From the NCBI GenBank assembly GCA_001793235.1, contig MGHM01000004.1, positions 34,467-98,466 of the forward strand: a stretch of DNA of 64,000 bases, written 5' to 3'. The DNA comes from Candidatus Woesebacteria bacterium RIFCSPLOWO2_01_FULL_44_24b (GTDB taxonomy: Bacteria; Patescibacteriota; Microgenomatia; UBA8517). A program made the translations under genes and the position numbers. The notes under the pieces are model-generated. The model saw nothing but the letters and a program-made list of their open reading frames with translations. It made no database searches and had not been told where the DNA came from. Of this stretch, positions 1 to 12,844 are shown in pieces; the stretch's first letter is position 1, and each line of letters begins with the position of its first letter.

Positions 1-1
1 A

Positions 2-286
2 AATTTCAGTGGGGTCCCCTGCCGTGCCCGCTCTAATGAACTAATTGCGCTCGCCTATAAAAAATACGGCAAAAAACTAGTAATAGTCGGTTGCGGAGGA
101 GTTTTTGATGCCCGGGATGCGTATGAAAAAATTAAACTCGGGGCATCCTTGGTGATGATGATAACCGGTATGATATATGAAGGTCCACAGCTTATTGGCA
201 GAATCAATAAGGATTTGGTCAGGCTCCTCCATGAAGACGGCTACAAAAATAACTCCGAAGCCGTAGGGGCATATAATCAAATTTGA
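2..286 (+). CDS. pyrD: Dihydroorotate dehydrogenase (class 2-like), C-terminal part; truncated by the window edge
   Basis: Manual translation of frame 2 gives ...IVGCGGVFDARDAYEKIKLGASLVMMITGMIYEGPQLIGRINK...*, the typical PyrD C-terminus. Not in the ORF track. Confidence 0.9.
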   Translation, partial: NFSGVPCRARSNELIALAYKKYGKKLVIVGCGGVFDARDAYEKIKLGASLVMMITGMIYEGPQLIGRINKDLVRLLHEDGYKNNSEAVGAYNQI

Positions 287-324
287 GGGTTGCAAAATAC
301 CCGTCATTTGCTACATTTGTAGAT

Positions 325-579
325 ATGCCTAAGCCTCCCCCAGATAAAGTTCAAGAAGAAGTAGACGAACAGGAAGCTATAAATTATGGTACTGGTTATA
401 CTGAAGGAGACCATGAAGTGTTTGATAATACAAAGGAAATGGTCAAAGATGTAGCCGGAAATGAGCCTGAAGAAGGCAAGCCCTTCTCAATAGCAGAAGA
501 AATAGATAAAGATACTGAAGATGAAAAAGACCAGCCCCATTCAGATGACCCAGTAGAGGACAAGGATTCTGAAGAATAA
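325..579 (+). CDS. Small, very acidic hypothetical protein
   Basis: ATG at 325 lies 7 nt after a TACATT -10-like element, with TTGCAA upstream. D/E-rich 84-aa ORF. Confidence 0.65.
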   Translation: MPKPPPDKVQEEVDEQEAINYGTGYTEGDHEVFDNTKEMVKDVAGNEPEEGKPFSIAEEIDKDTEDEKDQPHSDDPVEDKDSEE

Positions 580-611
580 CTTCAATTTTGGTATAATAGT
601 TTAGTTTTCTT

Positions 612-689
612 GGTGGCTGTAGCTCAGTTGGTTAGAGCGGTCGCTTGTGGAGCGACAGGTCGAGGGTTCGAGACCCTTCAGCCACCCCA
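612..689 (+). tRNA. tRNA-His(GTG) with G-1 and encoded CCA
   Basis: GTGGCTG/CAGCCAC acceptor stem, GTCGC-TTGTGGA-GCGAC anticodon arm, GGTTCGAGA T-loop, TGGTATAAT upstream. Confidence 0.95.
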
Positions 690-738
690 AATTATTACAC
701 CCCAAGACCAAGTTAAAACCTTTGATATAATTAACATT

Positions 739-1254
739 ATATCGATAATCCGCTTTAATGCTAAACTTATTAAAATCGGCTCGTGGACTATACTCCAGCT
801 GCCCAAAAGCGCAAGTGCGAAACTTCCATCACGAGGCATGACAATGGTTAAGGGAACTGTAAATGGTTTACCTTTCCAATCTGTGCTCGAACCAGATGGC
901 CGTGGAAGCCATTGGTTCAGGGTAGACAAAACTTTGGGGCAGGCAGGAGACACAGTAAAGCTCGCAATTGAACCTTCAAATGAATGGACGAGACCAGAGG
1001 TGCCGGCGGACTTTAGGAAAGCTCTCTCGGGTGCGCCAAAGGCACACTCACTATGGATGGAAATCACGCCAAACGCTCAATGGGATTGGATTCGCTGGAT
1101 ACGCGCTGTCAAGCTTAAGGAAACTCGCCAAAAACATATTGAAGTTGCGCTATCTAAACTTAACAAAGGGATTAGAAGGCCGTGCTGTTTCAACCGTAAC
1201 CTCTGTTCCGAGCCCTATGTATCAAACAATTGGCTGCTCCGTTCGGTAGGTTAA
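739..1254 (+). CDS. DUF1905 / YdeI-OmpD-associated family protein; start uncertain (ATA 739 or ATG 838)
   Basis: LPSRGM..VKGTVNG.PFQSVLEPDGRGSHW and WDWIRWI...KGIRRPCCFNR motifs. The ORF-track start at 610 lies in the tRNA region. Confidence 0.8.
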   Translation: MSIIRFNAKLIKIGSWTILQLPKSASAKLPSRGMTMVKGTVNGLPFQSVLEPDGRGSHWFRVDKTLGQAGDTVKLAIEPSNEWTRPEVPADFRKALSGAPKAHSLWMEITPNAQWDWIRWIRAVKLKETRQKHIEVALSKLNKGIRRPCCFNRNLCSEPYVSNNWLLRSVG

Positions 1255-1258
1255 CCCA

Positions 1259-1780
1259 TTAAAATTCAGGAGGATTTGAAGAATTATAATAAAAGTCACA
1301 AAGGTCAATGTTTTCTACGGTCTCGCCGGCCATGACTGCAACTTCGATATGTTCACGGGCGTTTTCTGCGGCGCATGTAGTTTCCAAACCGGTTGGACAA
1401 GTTGTGGTGTGATAGCCATATAGAGGTTCACCATTTGGATCCGGCATGGCCTTGTAGCGAAGAATATAAGTACCTGTTAACACTCCAATTGAGTATGTTG
1501 CGCCCTCTCCACCTCCGGTTCCAAAATATTCTTCTGAAACTATAGCATTAGAAGTAATATTCTTGGCTTCAATTGCACCTGCCGGTAAGAATTCCGATGG
1601 ATAGCAAAGCTTGCCGGTAATTGTTCCATTTATCCCGGCAGAACCCGGTGAAGTTGCAGTAGGTGCGGCCGAAGCGGTTGGCTGAACAGGAGTTACACCT
1701 GTCGGCTTTTGGCTTGAGACAAGCAAAAGAGTAGTTAATAAAACGGCAAGGCCTATGATTATGATGGCAGCATATTTCAT
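1259..1780 (-). CDS. Membrane-anchored or secreted hypothetical protein with paired cysteines
   Basis: N-terminal hydrophobic helix, P/T/S linker, GKLCYPSEFLP ... IDLCDFY. Confidence 0.7.
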   Translation of the reverse strand: MKYAAIIIIGLAVLLTTLLLVSSQKPTGVTPVQPTASAAPTATSPGSAGINGTITGKLCYPSEFLPAGAIEAKNITSNAIVSEEYFGTGGGEGATYSIGVLTGTYILRYKAMPDPNGEPLYGYHTTTCPTGLETTCAAENAREHIEVAVMAGETVENIDLCDFYYNSSNPPEF

Positions 1781-1788
1781 GGCTTTTT

Positions 1789-4369
<2,581 letters not shown>

Positions 4370-4389
<20 letters not shown>

Positions 4390-5875
4390 TTGTGCCCCTT
4401 GTCTTTACAAAATTTTCTTTGAGTTTGTTCGCTTCGGCTAGAATCTCATTTTGATCTTCTTCTGAAAAATCTTCTTTTCTGGCAATATCCGTCAAAGTTT
4501 TCTTAAATTTATTTTTAATCTTATTCATGAGTTCCGCTCTAAACTCTGTAACCAGTTGAACTTCTATATCATCAAAAACACCCGAGTTTGCAAGAAATAT
4601 TGTTACTACCTGCTCGGCCATACCAATTGGGCTGTATTGCGGCTGTTTTAGGATCTCAACTACCCGCTTTCCTCGCTCGATTTTATCCTTTGTTGCGGCG
4701 TCTGTGTCTGCGGCAAACTGCGCAAATGTCGCAAGCTCCCAATACTGGGACAGTTCAAGCCTGAGTTTTCCTGCAACGCGCTTCATGGGTTTGCTTTGTG
4801 CGGCTCCACCGACACGCGAGACGGACAGGCCAACGTTAAGTGCAGGTTTCACGCCCGCAAAAAACAAATCAGGCTCCAGATAAATCTGGCCATCGGTTAT
4901 GGAAATAACATTTGTTGGAATATATGCGGAGACATCTCCCGCTTGAGTTTCAATGATAGGAAGGGCAGTCAAAGAACCGCCGCCGTTTTTCTTATTCAGT
5001 CTGCATGCGCGCTCCAAAAGCCTTGAGTGAAGGTAAAAGACATCTCCAGGGTATGCCTCACGGCCGGAAGGTCGCCTCAGGAGCAAAGACAACTCACGAT
5101 AACTCCATGCATGTTTTGTTAAGTCATCATAAACAATCAAGACGTCTTGCCCTTTTTCCATAAAATACTCGCCGATTGCAGTTCCCACATATGGCGCTAT
5201 GTAGCGAAGGCTGGCCGAGTCGGAGGCGGTGGCTGCAACAACAATTGTATTTTTCAGAGCATCGAATTCTTCAAACTTTTCAATAACCGCGGCAACTTTC
5301 CCCCGTTTTTGGCCAATTGCCACATAAATACTTATGACACTCTGGTCTTTCTGGTTAATTATCGTGTCCACCGCAAGTGCGCTTTTACCGGTCCCCCGGT
5401 CTCCAATAATAAGTTGGCGCTGGCCTCGGCCAATGGGAATCATGGCGTCCACCGCCAAGATCCCGGTAAGAAGAGATGTGTCAACCGATTGCCTGTCAAC
5501 AATCCCAGGGGCGGTTCTCTCAACCGGCATTAATTTGTCAACTTTATAATCCCCCTTGCCATCGAGATACTCGCCAAGCGGGTTTATGACCCGGCCAAGA
5601 AGATCTTTCCCGGCACCGATTTTCAAAGTGTCCCTTGTGAGGTTCACCATGTTTCCACGAGAAACTTCTTCGTAGCCGCCCAAAATAACCGCGCCGATTT
5701 TGTCTTCCTCAAGGTTCATGATAAGTGCCCTGCTTGCGCCTATACTAACAACTTCACCAAACATAGCCTCGGGCAGCCCCTTAATCCAAACCACACCATC
5801 CCCGGCCGCGCTAACTTCTCCCGCGGCTTCGTCATTTACCTTAGCATTCTTTATTTTTTGTGTAAGGCTTATCAC
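4370..5875 (-). CDS. atpA: ATP synthase F1 alpha subunit
   Basis: [36 protein letters not shown] start with AGGAG SD. Confidence 0.98.
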
Positions 5876-5877
5876 CG

Positions 5878-6366
5878 TTAACTCCTATGCACCTGGCTTG
5901 CGATTTGCGCAAGTTTAGATTCCAGTTTTTTGTCTGCTTTTTCGCCAAGCGCTTTTTCAATAACTACAAGTGAAGTTGCAAGAACATCCTTCTCGTAGTC
6001 TTTAACCAACTTAGTGCGCTCAGCCGCAATTTCACTCTTTGCCTTTTCAAGCAGTCTTTTGACATCATTCTGTACACTAGCAAGTGTTTCTTTCTTCAGT
6101 TTTGCAGCCTCAAGTCTACTTGCGCGCAGGTTTTGTGTTTTTTCCTCCTGCAGTTTTTTAAGCATCTGGGCGCGCTCTCTTTCAACACTTTCTTTTTGAG
6201 AGCTTATTTGGGCTGTAGCATCATCAATCCTTGCCAGATCAGCCTTTTTGGCATGAATTGCCTTTAAAACCGGCTTGTATAGATAACGATTCAATAAAAA
6301 TACCAAAATGCCAAAGTTCACTACCTGAAAAATCATCACTCTTGGGTCAATTCCTAGTTTTTCCAT
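5878..6366 (-). CDS. atpF: ATP synthase Fo subunit b
   Basis: LGID...[19 protein letters not shown]-terminal TM followed by a coiled coil; operon position. Confidence 0.92.
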   Translation of the reverse strand: MEKLGIDPRVMIFQVVNFGILVFLLNRYLYKPVLKAIHAKKADLARIDDATAQISSQKESVERERAQMLKKLQEEKTQNLRASRLEAAKLKKETLASVQNDVKRLLEKAKSEIAAERTKLVKDYEKDVLATSLVVIEKALGEKADKKLESKLAQIASQVHRS

Positions 6367-6380
6367 TTGTACCTCTCTAA

Positions 6381-7394
<1,014 letters not shown>

Positions 7395-7398
<4 letters not shown>

Positions 7399-7613
7399 TT
7401 TTTGATTCTTCTTCCTATTTTTTGCGCGCGCCAGATACCAATCGGTACACCCATAATTATACCAATAATTATAAAAAGCGGGGTAGTGGAAAGTGTTTTA
7501 TCAATAAACACTCCCACAATAAGCAAAACAACAGGTAAAGCTACAAGGGTAAAGGTGATACTTGTAGCTTCTTCAAATGCTCGCGCTAAATCTCGTATTT
7601 CTGTGCTTTTCAT
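7395..7613 (-). CDS. AtpZ/AtpI-family two-TM protein
   Basis: Two TM helices with G..ID...T.PLF; first gene of the atp operon. Confidence 0.8.
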
Positions 7614-7664
7614 AAATACCTGAAAGTAATTCGAAGTTATTAAGCTATTTTAAGTTAAACTAGC

Positions 7665-8072
7665 TTATATTTCAACCGGATTGATAGAGTTTGCTTTCCC
7701 ATCCTCGTCCAGTGTCGCAAAATAACCGAGTACCGTTACCTCCGGGTACTCATGTGTAATTATTTCTTTAATCTCAGAAATATCAGATGTGTGTTTTTCC
7801 AGCTCTGCTCGACTCCCAGACACTAAACTATTGCCGTACTTACCGCAATTTTGATGATTTATTATGTGCACTCCCTTTGTCCCGTGAAGTTTAATCGATA
7901 ATTTTATTTGAGAGAGTAACGCATCTCTGTCCCCTGCGGCACCGGCAACAGCAATTCTATCGTGGTCTCCGTACAAACTCCGCTCCTCTATCCAATCAGC
8001 AATCAGCTTCTGGAACCTAAAGTCCATACAGGTAGCAACTGCTGCACTTATTTCATGATTTTCTTTACTCAC
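7665..8072 (-). CDS. Beta-class carbonic anhydrase-like protein
   Basis: CMDFR and HQNCG zinc-ligand motifs. GTG start at 8072 lies 7 nt after TAAAAT. Confidence 0.8.
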   Translation of the reverse strand: MSKENHEISAAVATCMDFRFQKLIADWIEERSLYGDHDRIAVAGAAGDRDALLSQIKLSIKLHGTKGVHIINHQNCGKYGNSLVSGSRAELEKHTSDISEIKEIITHEYPEVTVLGYFATLDEDGKANSINPVEI

Positions 8073-8082
8073 AGCGGATATT

Positions 8083-8457
8083 TTATACCCTTGAGAATAC
8101 AAAAAGCAACACAAAAGCCGGGATTAGTGCCAGATAAATAATAATTGCAGGTTTAGCAAAGTGGAGCCAATATAAACTCAGGTAATAATAAGGCTTATAT
8201 GAGTGCTTAATTAGTACAAGCGCTGGCAATTTCTTTAACAAAGCTGATGCAACTCTAAAAACGTAAATAATTATTAAAGATGCCCAAACAACTGAGGTAA
8301 CCAAACCAATATTTGAGCGGAGAAAACTCATTGTAATTAAGGCTGTAAAAATTAATTGTATAGTTTGAAGCGAAAATCCGGCTTTATTTTTGAAAAACGT
8401 GGAGTCAATAAATAAGTAGTTAATTATTATAAAAAGAACAATTAGGGCCGCTATCAT
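8083..8457 (-). CDS. Hypothetical membrane protein (AT-rich)
   Basis: 124-aa hydrophobic ORF, coupled to the UbiA-family gene by an ATGA overlap. Confidence 0.55.
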   Translation of the reverse strand: MIAALIVLFIIINYLFIDSTFFKNKAGFSLQTIQLIFTALITMSFLRSNIGLVTSVVWASLIIIYVFRVASALLKKLPALVLIKHSYKPYYYLSLYWLHFAKPAIIIYLALIPAFVLLFVFSRV

Positions 8458-9332
8458 ATTAAACTACTAATAAAAACTTGAGCAAGCCAAACAAGAATAA
8501 CTATGTTAACAATCAGATGAACCTGAAGTTGAATTTTTCCACTGATGTCGATAGCTGCAATACCGCTTGTGTCGGTTTTCATTTTCAGAGAAAAAACTAA
8601 AGGCATTGCAACAAGCACAGGAAAAATTAACCACACAGGAAAGGTTTTGTAATAAATTGCCGTCAAAAAGGCAACGGCCCCAAACACAATAGAAATATTT
8701 TTAAGCCACTCTGCCCTTTTTTTACCAACCAAAAGCGTAGTATTTTTGAGCCCGGCTTTGGCATCAGCCATATAATCTCTTAATTGATTGTACAATTGAC
8801 CGTAAATTGAAAAGAGAATTACGCCTGCAGTCAAAATCCAAATCTCTTTTACCTCATAGCTGAAAGCGGTAAAACCCGAAACAAGAAGAAGCCCGGAAAG
8901 CATCAAAGAATGGGAAACGATATCGGTAACCGGGTAAGCTTTAAGGCGAACTTTGCGCCAGGAATATAGGTGCGACAAGAGAAGTGTAGTTAAGCCTACT
9001 CCAAAAGTAATTTTATTGGTGAGAGCAAATAGAAATAGGGCTACTAAAGCAAGGGCTCTGGCCACTGTGTATGCTTGGTCTCGGCTTATGCGACCCGCAG
9101 AAATGGGGTTTCGTTTTGCCTTTTTGGCATCTATTGCATCATCCTCCGCGTCTTCAATGTCATTTACCATGAAGGCATAGCTCACTGTTGCCATGTTGGC
9201 GAGGACAACAAAAATTAACTTGCTATCGAGTACCGCGCCATTGGCAGAGGCAATAATGGCGCCAAGGACGGTTAAGGGAACGGTAAAGGGCAAATGCTCC
9301 CGCCAGCGCGTAAGCTGCCTGAAAGACTTCAT
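8454..9332 (-). CDS. UbiA-family prenyltransferase
   Basis: NDIEDAEDD..RNPI and NQLRDY.AD..AG aspartate-rich motifs; multiple TM helices. Confidence 0.9.
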   Translation of the reverse strand: MKSFRQLTRWREHLPFTVPLTVLGAIIASANGAVLDSKLIFVVLANMATVSYAFMVNDIEDAEDDAIDAKKAKRNPISAGRISRDQAYTVARALALVALFLFALTNKITFGVGLTTLLLSHLYSWRKVRLKAYPVTDIVSHSLMLSGLLLVSGFTAFSYEVKEIWILTAGVILFSIYGQLYNQLRDYMADAKAGLKNTTLLVGKKRAEWLKNISIVFGAVAFLTAIYYKTFPVWLIFPVLVAMPLVFSLKMKTDTSGIAAIDISGKIQLQVHLIVNIVILVWLAQVFISSLI

Positions 9333-9338
9333 GGTCTA

Positions 9339-9845
9339 TTATGGAGTGTTAAAATCCAAAAGGTCAACCTTACCATTTTCAATAATCATCAAGGTTCCTG
9401 TTTTGGGGTAATCCATCAGGTTTTGCTCTTCATACTTACCTGTAGTCAAAAGATACTTAAGCGCAGAAATGACTGCTCCATGAGTGCAGATCAAATATGT
9501 TAGGTCTTCTTTTGACTCAAGCTCAGCTACAAGCTTTTTCATGCGAAGCTTAAACCCGGCAAAAGAATTATCCATATATTCAATAAGGAGCGGGTATTTC
9601 TCAAATTTCTTCCCTGTAATACCCGAGACAATATCTGAAGTTTGAACACATCTTAGAAGCTCGGAGGTGAGGTTCCGGTTCGTTTGCACATTTTTTAAGT
9701 ACTCCCCCAGTTTTTTTATTGCAGGAATTCCTTCGGGGAGAATTTTTCTGACATATTCTTTGTCGCCATAGTCAACGTCATTTTTGCTGTTTATAGTTTC
9801 GCCGTGGCGGAAGATGTAGTAGTTATTCCTCAATGATGTCAACAA
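9339..9845 (-). CDS. Histidine phosphatase (phosphoglycerate mutase-like) family protein
   Basis: RHGET, S.L.RC.QT, THG motifs. Confidence 0.88.
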   Translation of the reverse strand: MLTSLRNNYYIFRHGETINSKNDVDYGDKEYVRKILPEGIPAIKKLGEYLKNVQTNRNLTSELLRCVQTSDIVSGITGKKFEKYPLLIEYMDNSFAGFKLRMKKLVAELESKEDLTYLICTHGAVISALKYLLTTGKYEEQNLMDYPKTGTLMIIENGKVDLLDFNTP

Positions 9846-10488
9846 AATTAATTTTTACGGGATTGACGGGTTTGGACTTCTCTCCACCCACACTTACTGT
9901 GGTTTCAGCTGTTGCGATTTTATCAATCACCTCCAAGCCTTCGGTGGCTTTACCAAAAATAATGTAATTTTTGGGCAAAGGGTAGTCAGCATGCATAAGA
10001 AAAAACTGACTACCATTGGTATTGGGGCCTGAGTTTGCCATGGCAATGGTCCCGCGAGTGTACTCACCCGTGAACGGTTCATCGTCAAAGCGATATCCCG
10101 GGCTCCCGTCTCCGTTGCCCGTCGGGTCCCCACCTTGAATCATGAAGCCATCAATCACTCTATGAAAAATTGTGTTGGCATAAAAATTGTTTCTTGCAAG
10201 ATAAACAAAATTATTCACCGTAATTGGTGTCGTCAAGGCATTTAATTCAACGGTAATATCACCCTCGGTTGTGTGCAGCACAGCTTTATATTTTTTCGCC
10301 GTGTCGATTGTCATTTCAGGCTTTTGCAAGCTTGTTTCGCTATTCATATTTGTTTCTAGCTCCGCAGTCGGCTGTGGAGTTGGCTCTGCCGGCTTCCCGG
10401 CCTCTTCTTTAGGCTTTTGCCTAAACATCGTAAAAGCCACCAGAACAACAACTCCTACCGCGACTAGTGCATATATCATTCTATTCAT
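9823..10488 (-). CDS. Cyclophilin-type peptidyl-prolyl isomerase with N-terminal membrane anchor
   Basis: FHRVIDGFMIQGGDP and AMANSGPNTNGSQFF. Confidence 0.95.
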   Translation of the reverse strand: MNRMIYALVAVGVVVLVAFTMFRQKPKEEAGKPAEPTPQPTAELETNMNSETSLQKPEMTIDTAKKYKAVLHTTEGDITVELNALTTPITVNNFVYLARNNFYANTIFHRVIDGFMIQGGDPTGNGDGSPGYRFDDEPFTGEYTRGTIAMANSGPNTNGSQFFLMHADYPLPKNYIIFGKATEGLEVIDKIATAETTVSVGGEKSKPVNPVKINFVDIIEE

Positions 10489-10506
10489 ATTAACATTAAT
10501 TACTTA

Positions 10507-11829
10507 TTATTTTCTTGTTATTGTATAGCTTACGGGATGATATAAAAACACCGCAGGAGCATCTTCCAACAAAAATCTTTGGAAGTCAAGATAAATTTTC
10601 TTTCTCTCCTCATGATTAAGCTCAACCCTTCCATCTTCAAGAAGTTTATCGTTTCTGGGATTTGAATATTTAGCAACATTAGTACTCGTTTGAGTGGTGT
10701 GCCAAACTGCATACTGGTCGGGGTCGCGTGGAACGTCGTAAATAGCTAAAAAAGCGTCGTACTGCTCGGGCAAAATAGAAGTTACGTGCAAGTCAGTCTT
10801 GACTTCAAGCTCATTCCAAAAGTTAACTATTTTTTCGGCTATAGGCAAAAGCGTCGGGCTAGTACTCAGGTTTATTTTAAGCTCGCCATTGAGCTCCTCG
10901 ATAAGCTCCTTGGCGCGCTCAAGATCATAAGAATAATCTTTGATGAGGGGATTATATGCCCAGGATTCGGGCGATATCGGGCCAAGGGCGCGCGGGCCGC
11001 CGAAGGAGTCTTTATCAATTGCGTAGCTTAAAGCTTGCCGCAAGGGCTTATTTTCCGGTCCCTTAAAGACCTGGCTCTCGTTATTAAAAAACACTGCCAC
11101 TATGCGGTCTTTCCTAACGGTACTTTCAACCTCCGAATTACTCCATGAATCAAAAGGTTTTGGGTCCAAGGCATCAACGATTGAATCAATTTGCCCCAAC
11201 TGATAGGCAATTTTCGTTCCGTCTTCCGAAGGATAGAACCTTATAATCTTTTTTTCTCCCGAGCCGTTTGCGAGCACAAGCTCCTCAACGAAAGTCCCGT
11301 TAAGATACAAATTGACCACTTTCCACTCGCCTGTCCCAAGTAAGCCTTTTTTGAAAGTAGGCCTTGAGACTATTGTGGGAAAAGGCGAGAACGGTGAGCT
11401 TAACTTAAACTTAATAGTATAGGCATCCGGACGCTCAATTGTTGTGTCTTCAAAAGAATATTGAATGGAATTGGCTGTTACCTCAGAGCCATCGTGCCAA
11501 ACCAGCCCTTTTTTAAGATAAAAGGTCCACTCTCGCCCGTTCCCCACCACCTCCCATTTTTCGGCTAGCGCGGGTACTACCACACCGTTCGTCTCTGTTT
11601 TAGTAAGACCTTCGCCCAACATTGAAAGAACCGAAAGCGGAAGTTCCTGTGTATTGTATCTGCCTGTAATGCCGATATATTCGGTTTTATTCACCAATAG
11701 CCGTGGCAGCATAAAACTGGCAAGCGAAAAAAACAAGAGTCCGAACACGATCCCCACAAAAAGAATTACTCTAAACCTTATCAAAAAAGCGGATAGGAAT
11801 CGAAACCAATAGCGAAGACGGGTTTGCAT
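10507..11829 (-). CDS. ABC transporter family-5 (OppA-like) solute-binding protein
   Basis: PALAEKW...WTFYLKKGLVWHDG.EVTA, LRQALSYAIDK, DAPAVFLYHP. Confidence 0.88.
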   Translation of the reverse strand: MQTRLRYWFRFLSAFLIRFRVILFVGIVFGLLFFSLASFMLPRLLVNKTEYIGITGRYNTQELPLSVLSMLGEGLTKTETNGVVVPALAEKWEVVGNGREWTFYLKKGLVWHDGSEVTANSIQYSFEDTTIERPDAYTIKFKLSSPFSPFPTIVSRPTFKKGLLGTGEWKVVNLYLNGTFVEELVLANGSGEKKIIRFYPSEDGTKIAYQLGQIDSIVDALDPKPFDSWSNSEVESTVRKDRIVAVFFNNESQVFKGPENKPLRQALSYAIDKDSFGGPRALGPISPESWAYNPLIKDYSYDLERAKELIEELNGELKINLSTSPTLLPIAEKIVNFWNELEVKTDLHVTSILPEQYDAFLAIYDVPRDPDQYAVWHTTQTSTNVAKYSNPRNDKLLEDGRVELNHEERKKIYLDFQRFLLEDAPAVFLYHPVSYTITRK

Positions 11830-11836
11830 AAAGCTT

Positions 11837-12046
11837 TCAAAAAATCAGCGATGCAAGCGAAACCGATATGAACAGAAAGGTGAGAACAAAAGTAAATTTA
11901 AAAATCACTCCTTCCAAGCCGCGCCTGGTTGAGCTTATGGACAAGCCACCCCAAACTCTGCCAAACCCGGTCCCTTTAACTTGAAGAAGGACTACTATAA
12001 CCAACAGAACAGATATTACGATTTGAAAAACAAGAAGTATCGCCAT
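11837..12046 (-). CDS. secG: Preprotein translocase subunit SecG
   Basis: VLLQ.KG.G ... TRRGLE plus two TM helices. ATG lies 6 nt after TATAAT. Confidence 0.88.
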   Translation of the reverse strand: MAILLVFQIVISVLLVIVVLLQVKGTGFGRVWGGLSISSTRRGLEGVIFKFTFVLTFLFISVSLASLIF

Positions 12047-12066
12047 CAGGGTATTATATAACACCG

Positions 12067-12471
12067 CTATTTGCGAATCCAATTTATAAGCGCGGTAAAG
12101 AACCAAATAAGTATTGAGAAAGCCAAATATGCCCAGGCTCCCCGCTCAAAATCGATGGCAGGGAAATCGAAAAATGTTGTACTAAAGCCCGAAAAATGAA
12201 AGCCCGTTACTTCAAACTCGGAGAGGGCCACGTCCACTATAAACAACGTAAGTGTATGGCCAACAATTCTAAACAGTCCAAGGGTAGCCAGATTTAGGGG
12301 TAGAAGAAGAATATTAATCAGAGGGCGAACGGAAAACATGGCAACCCCAAGCACAATTCCCGTAATGATAAAGCCTTCTGCCTGGTTTTGGAAAGTGAGC
12401 CCGCCGGCAACTTGCGCCGCAATATAAAGCCCTGCCAGCTCAACTAAAATTACCCTTAAAATTCTCTTCAT
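12067..12471 (-). CDS. Four-TM 'phage holin family' (YvlD-like) membrane protein
   Basis: VRPLINILLLPLNLATLGLF signature. Confidence 0.8.
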   Translation of the reverse strand: MKRILRVILVELAGLYIAAQVAGGLTFQNQAEGFIITGIVLGVAMFSVRPLINILLLPLNLATLGLFRIVGHTLTLFIVDVALSEFEVTGFHFSGFSTTFFDFPAIDFERGAWAYLAFSILIWFFTALINWIRK

Positions 12472-12532
12472 AGTTCATTATAACTATAACGACTGCAATA
12501 TTAAAATCAACAAAAGTGTTAAAATACTCTAT

Positions 12533-12844
12533 ATGAAAAGTATGGCAGACCAGAAAGCATCCAGATGGAAGCACCCTGGTGGAAAATTAAGGCGTATGGG
12601 CCCTTCTGCACTCTCAGAGAGAGAATTGCTGGCAATAATCCTGGGATCTGGTACAAACGGCAAATCGGCTCTTAAAATTTCAGATGAGATACTGGATACA
12701 TATGCTAACTTACGAGGGCTTATGGGAGTGCCTCTCAAAGAGTTAATGAAAATTAAAGGCCTAAAGGAAGTTAAAGCAACCAAAATTGCCGCCATGTACG
12801 AAGCTAGCAGAAGAATATTAAAACACATCGAAAATGACACCTGA
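12533..12844 (+). CDS. RadC/UPF0758 N-terminal helix-hairpin-helix protein without a JAB domain
   Basis: GPSALSERELLAIILGSG ... KIKGLKEVKATKIAA.YE..RR; stops where the JAB domain would begin. Confidence 0.85.
   Translation: MKSMADQKASRWKHPGGKLRRMGPSALSERELLAIILGSGTNGKSALKISDEILDTYANLRGLMGVPLKELMKIKGLKEVKATKIAAMYEASRRILKHIENDT

Noticed and set aside
610-738. ORF-track N-terminal extension of the DUF1905 gene
   Set aside because: It reads through tRNA-His and is not protein coding.
7648-7664. Possible stranded copy of the UbiA-gene 3' end (ASLT* versus SSLI*)
   Set aside because: Only about 8 AT-rich nt match, too short to support, unlike the uvrB case.
12067-12471. 'Phage holin' as evidence of a prophage
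   Set aside because: A widespread chromosomal membrane family; no structural, lysin or integrase genes nearby.
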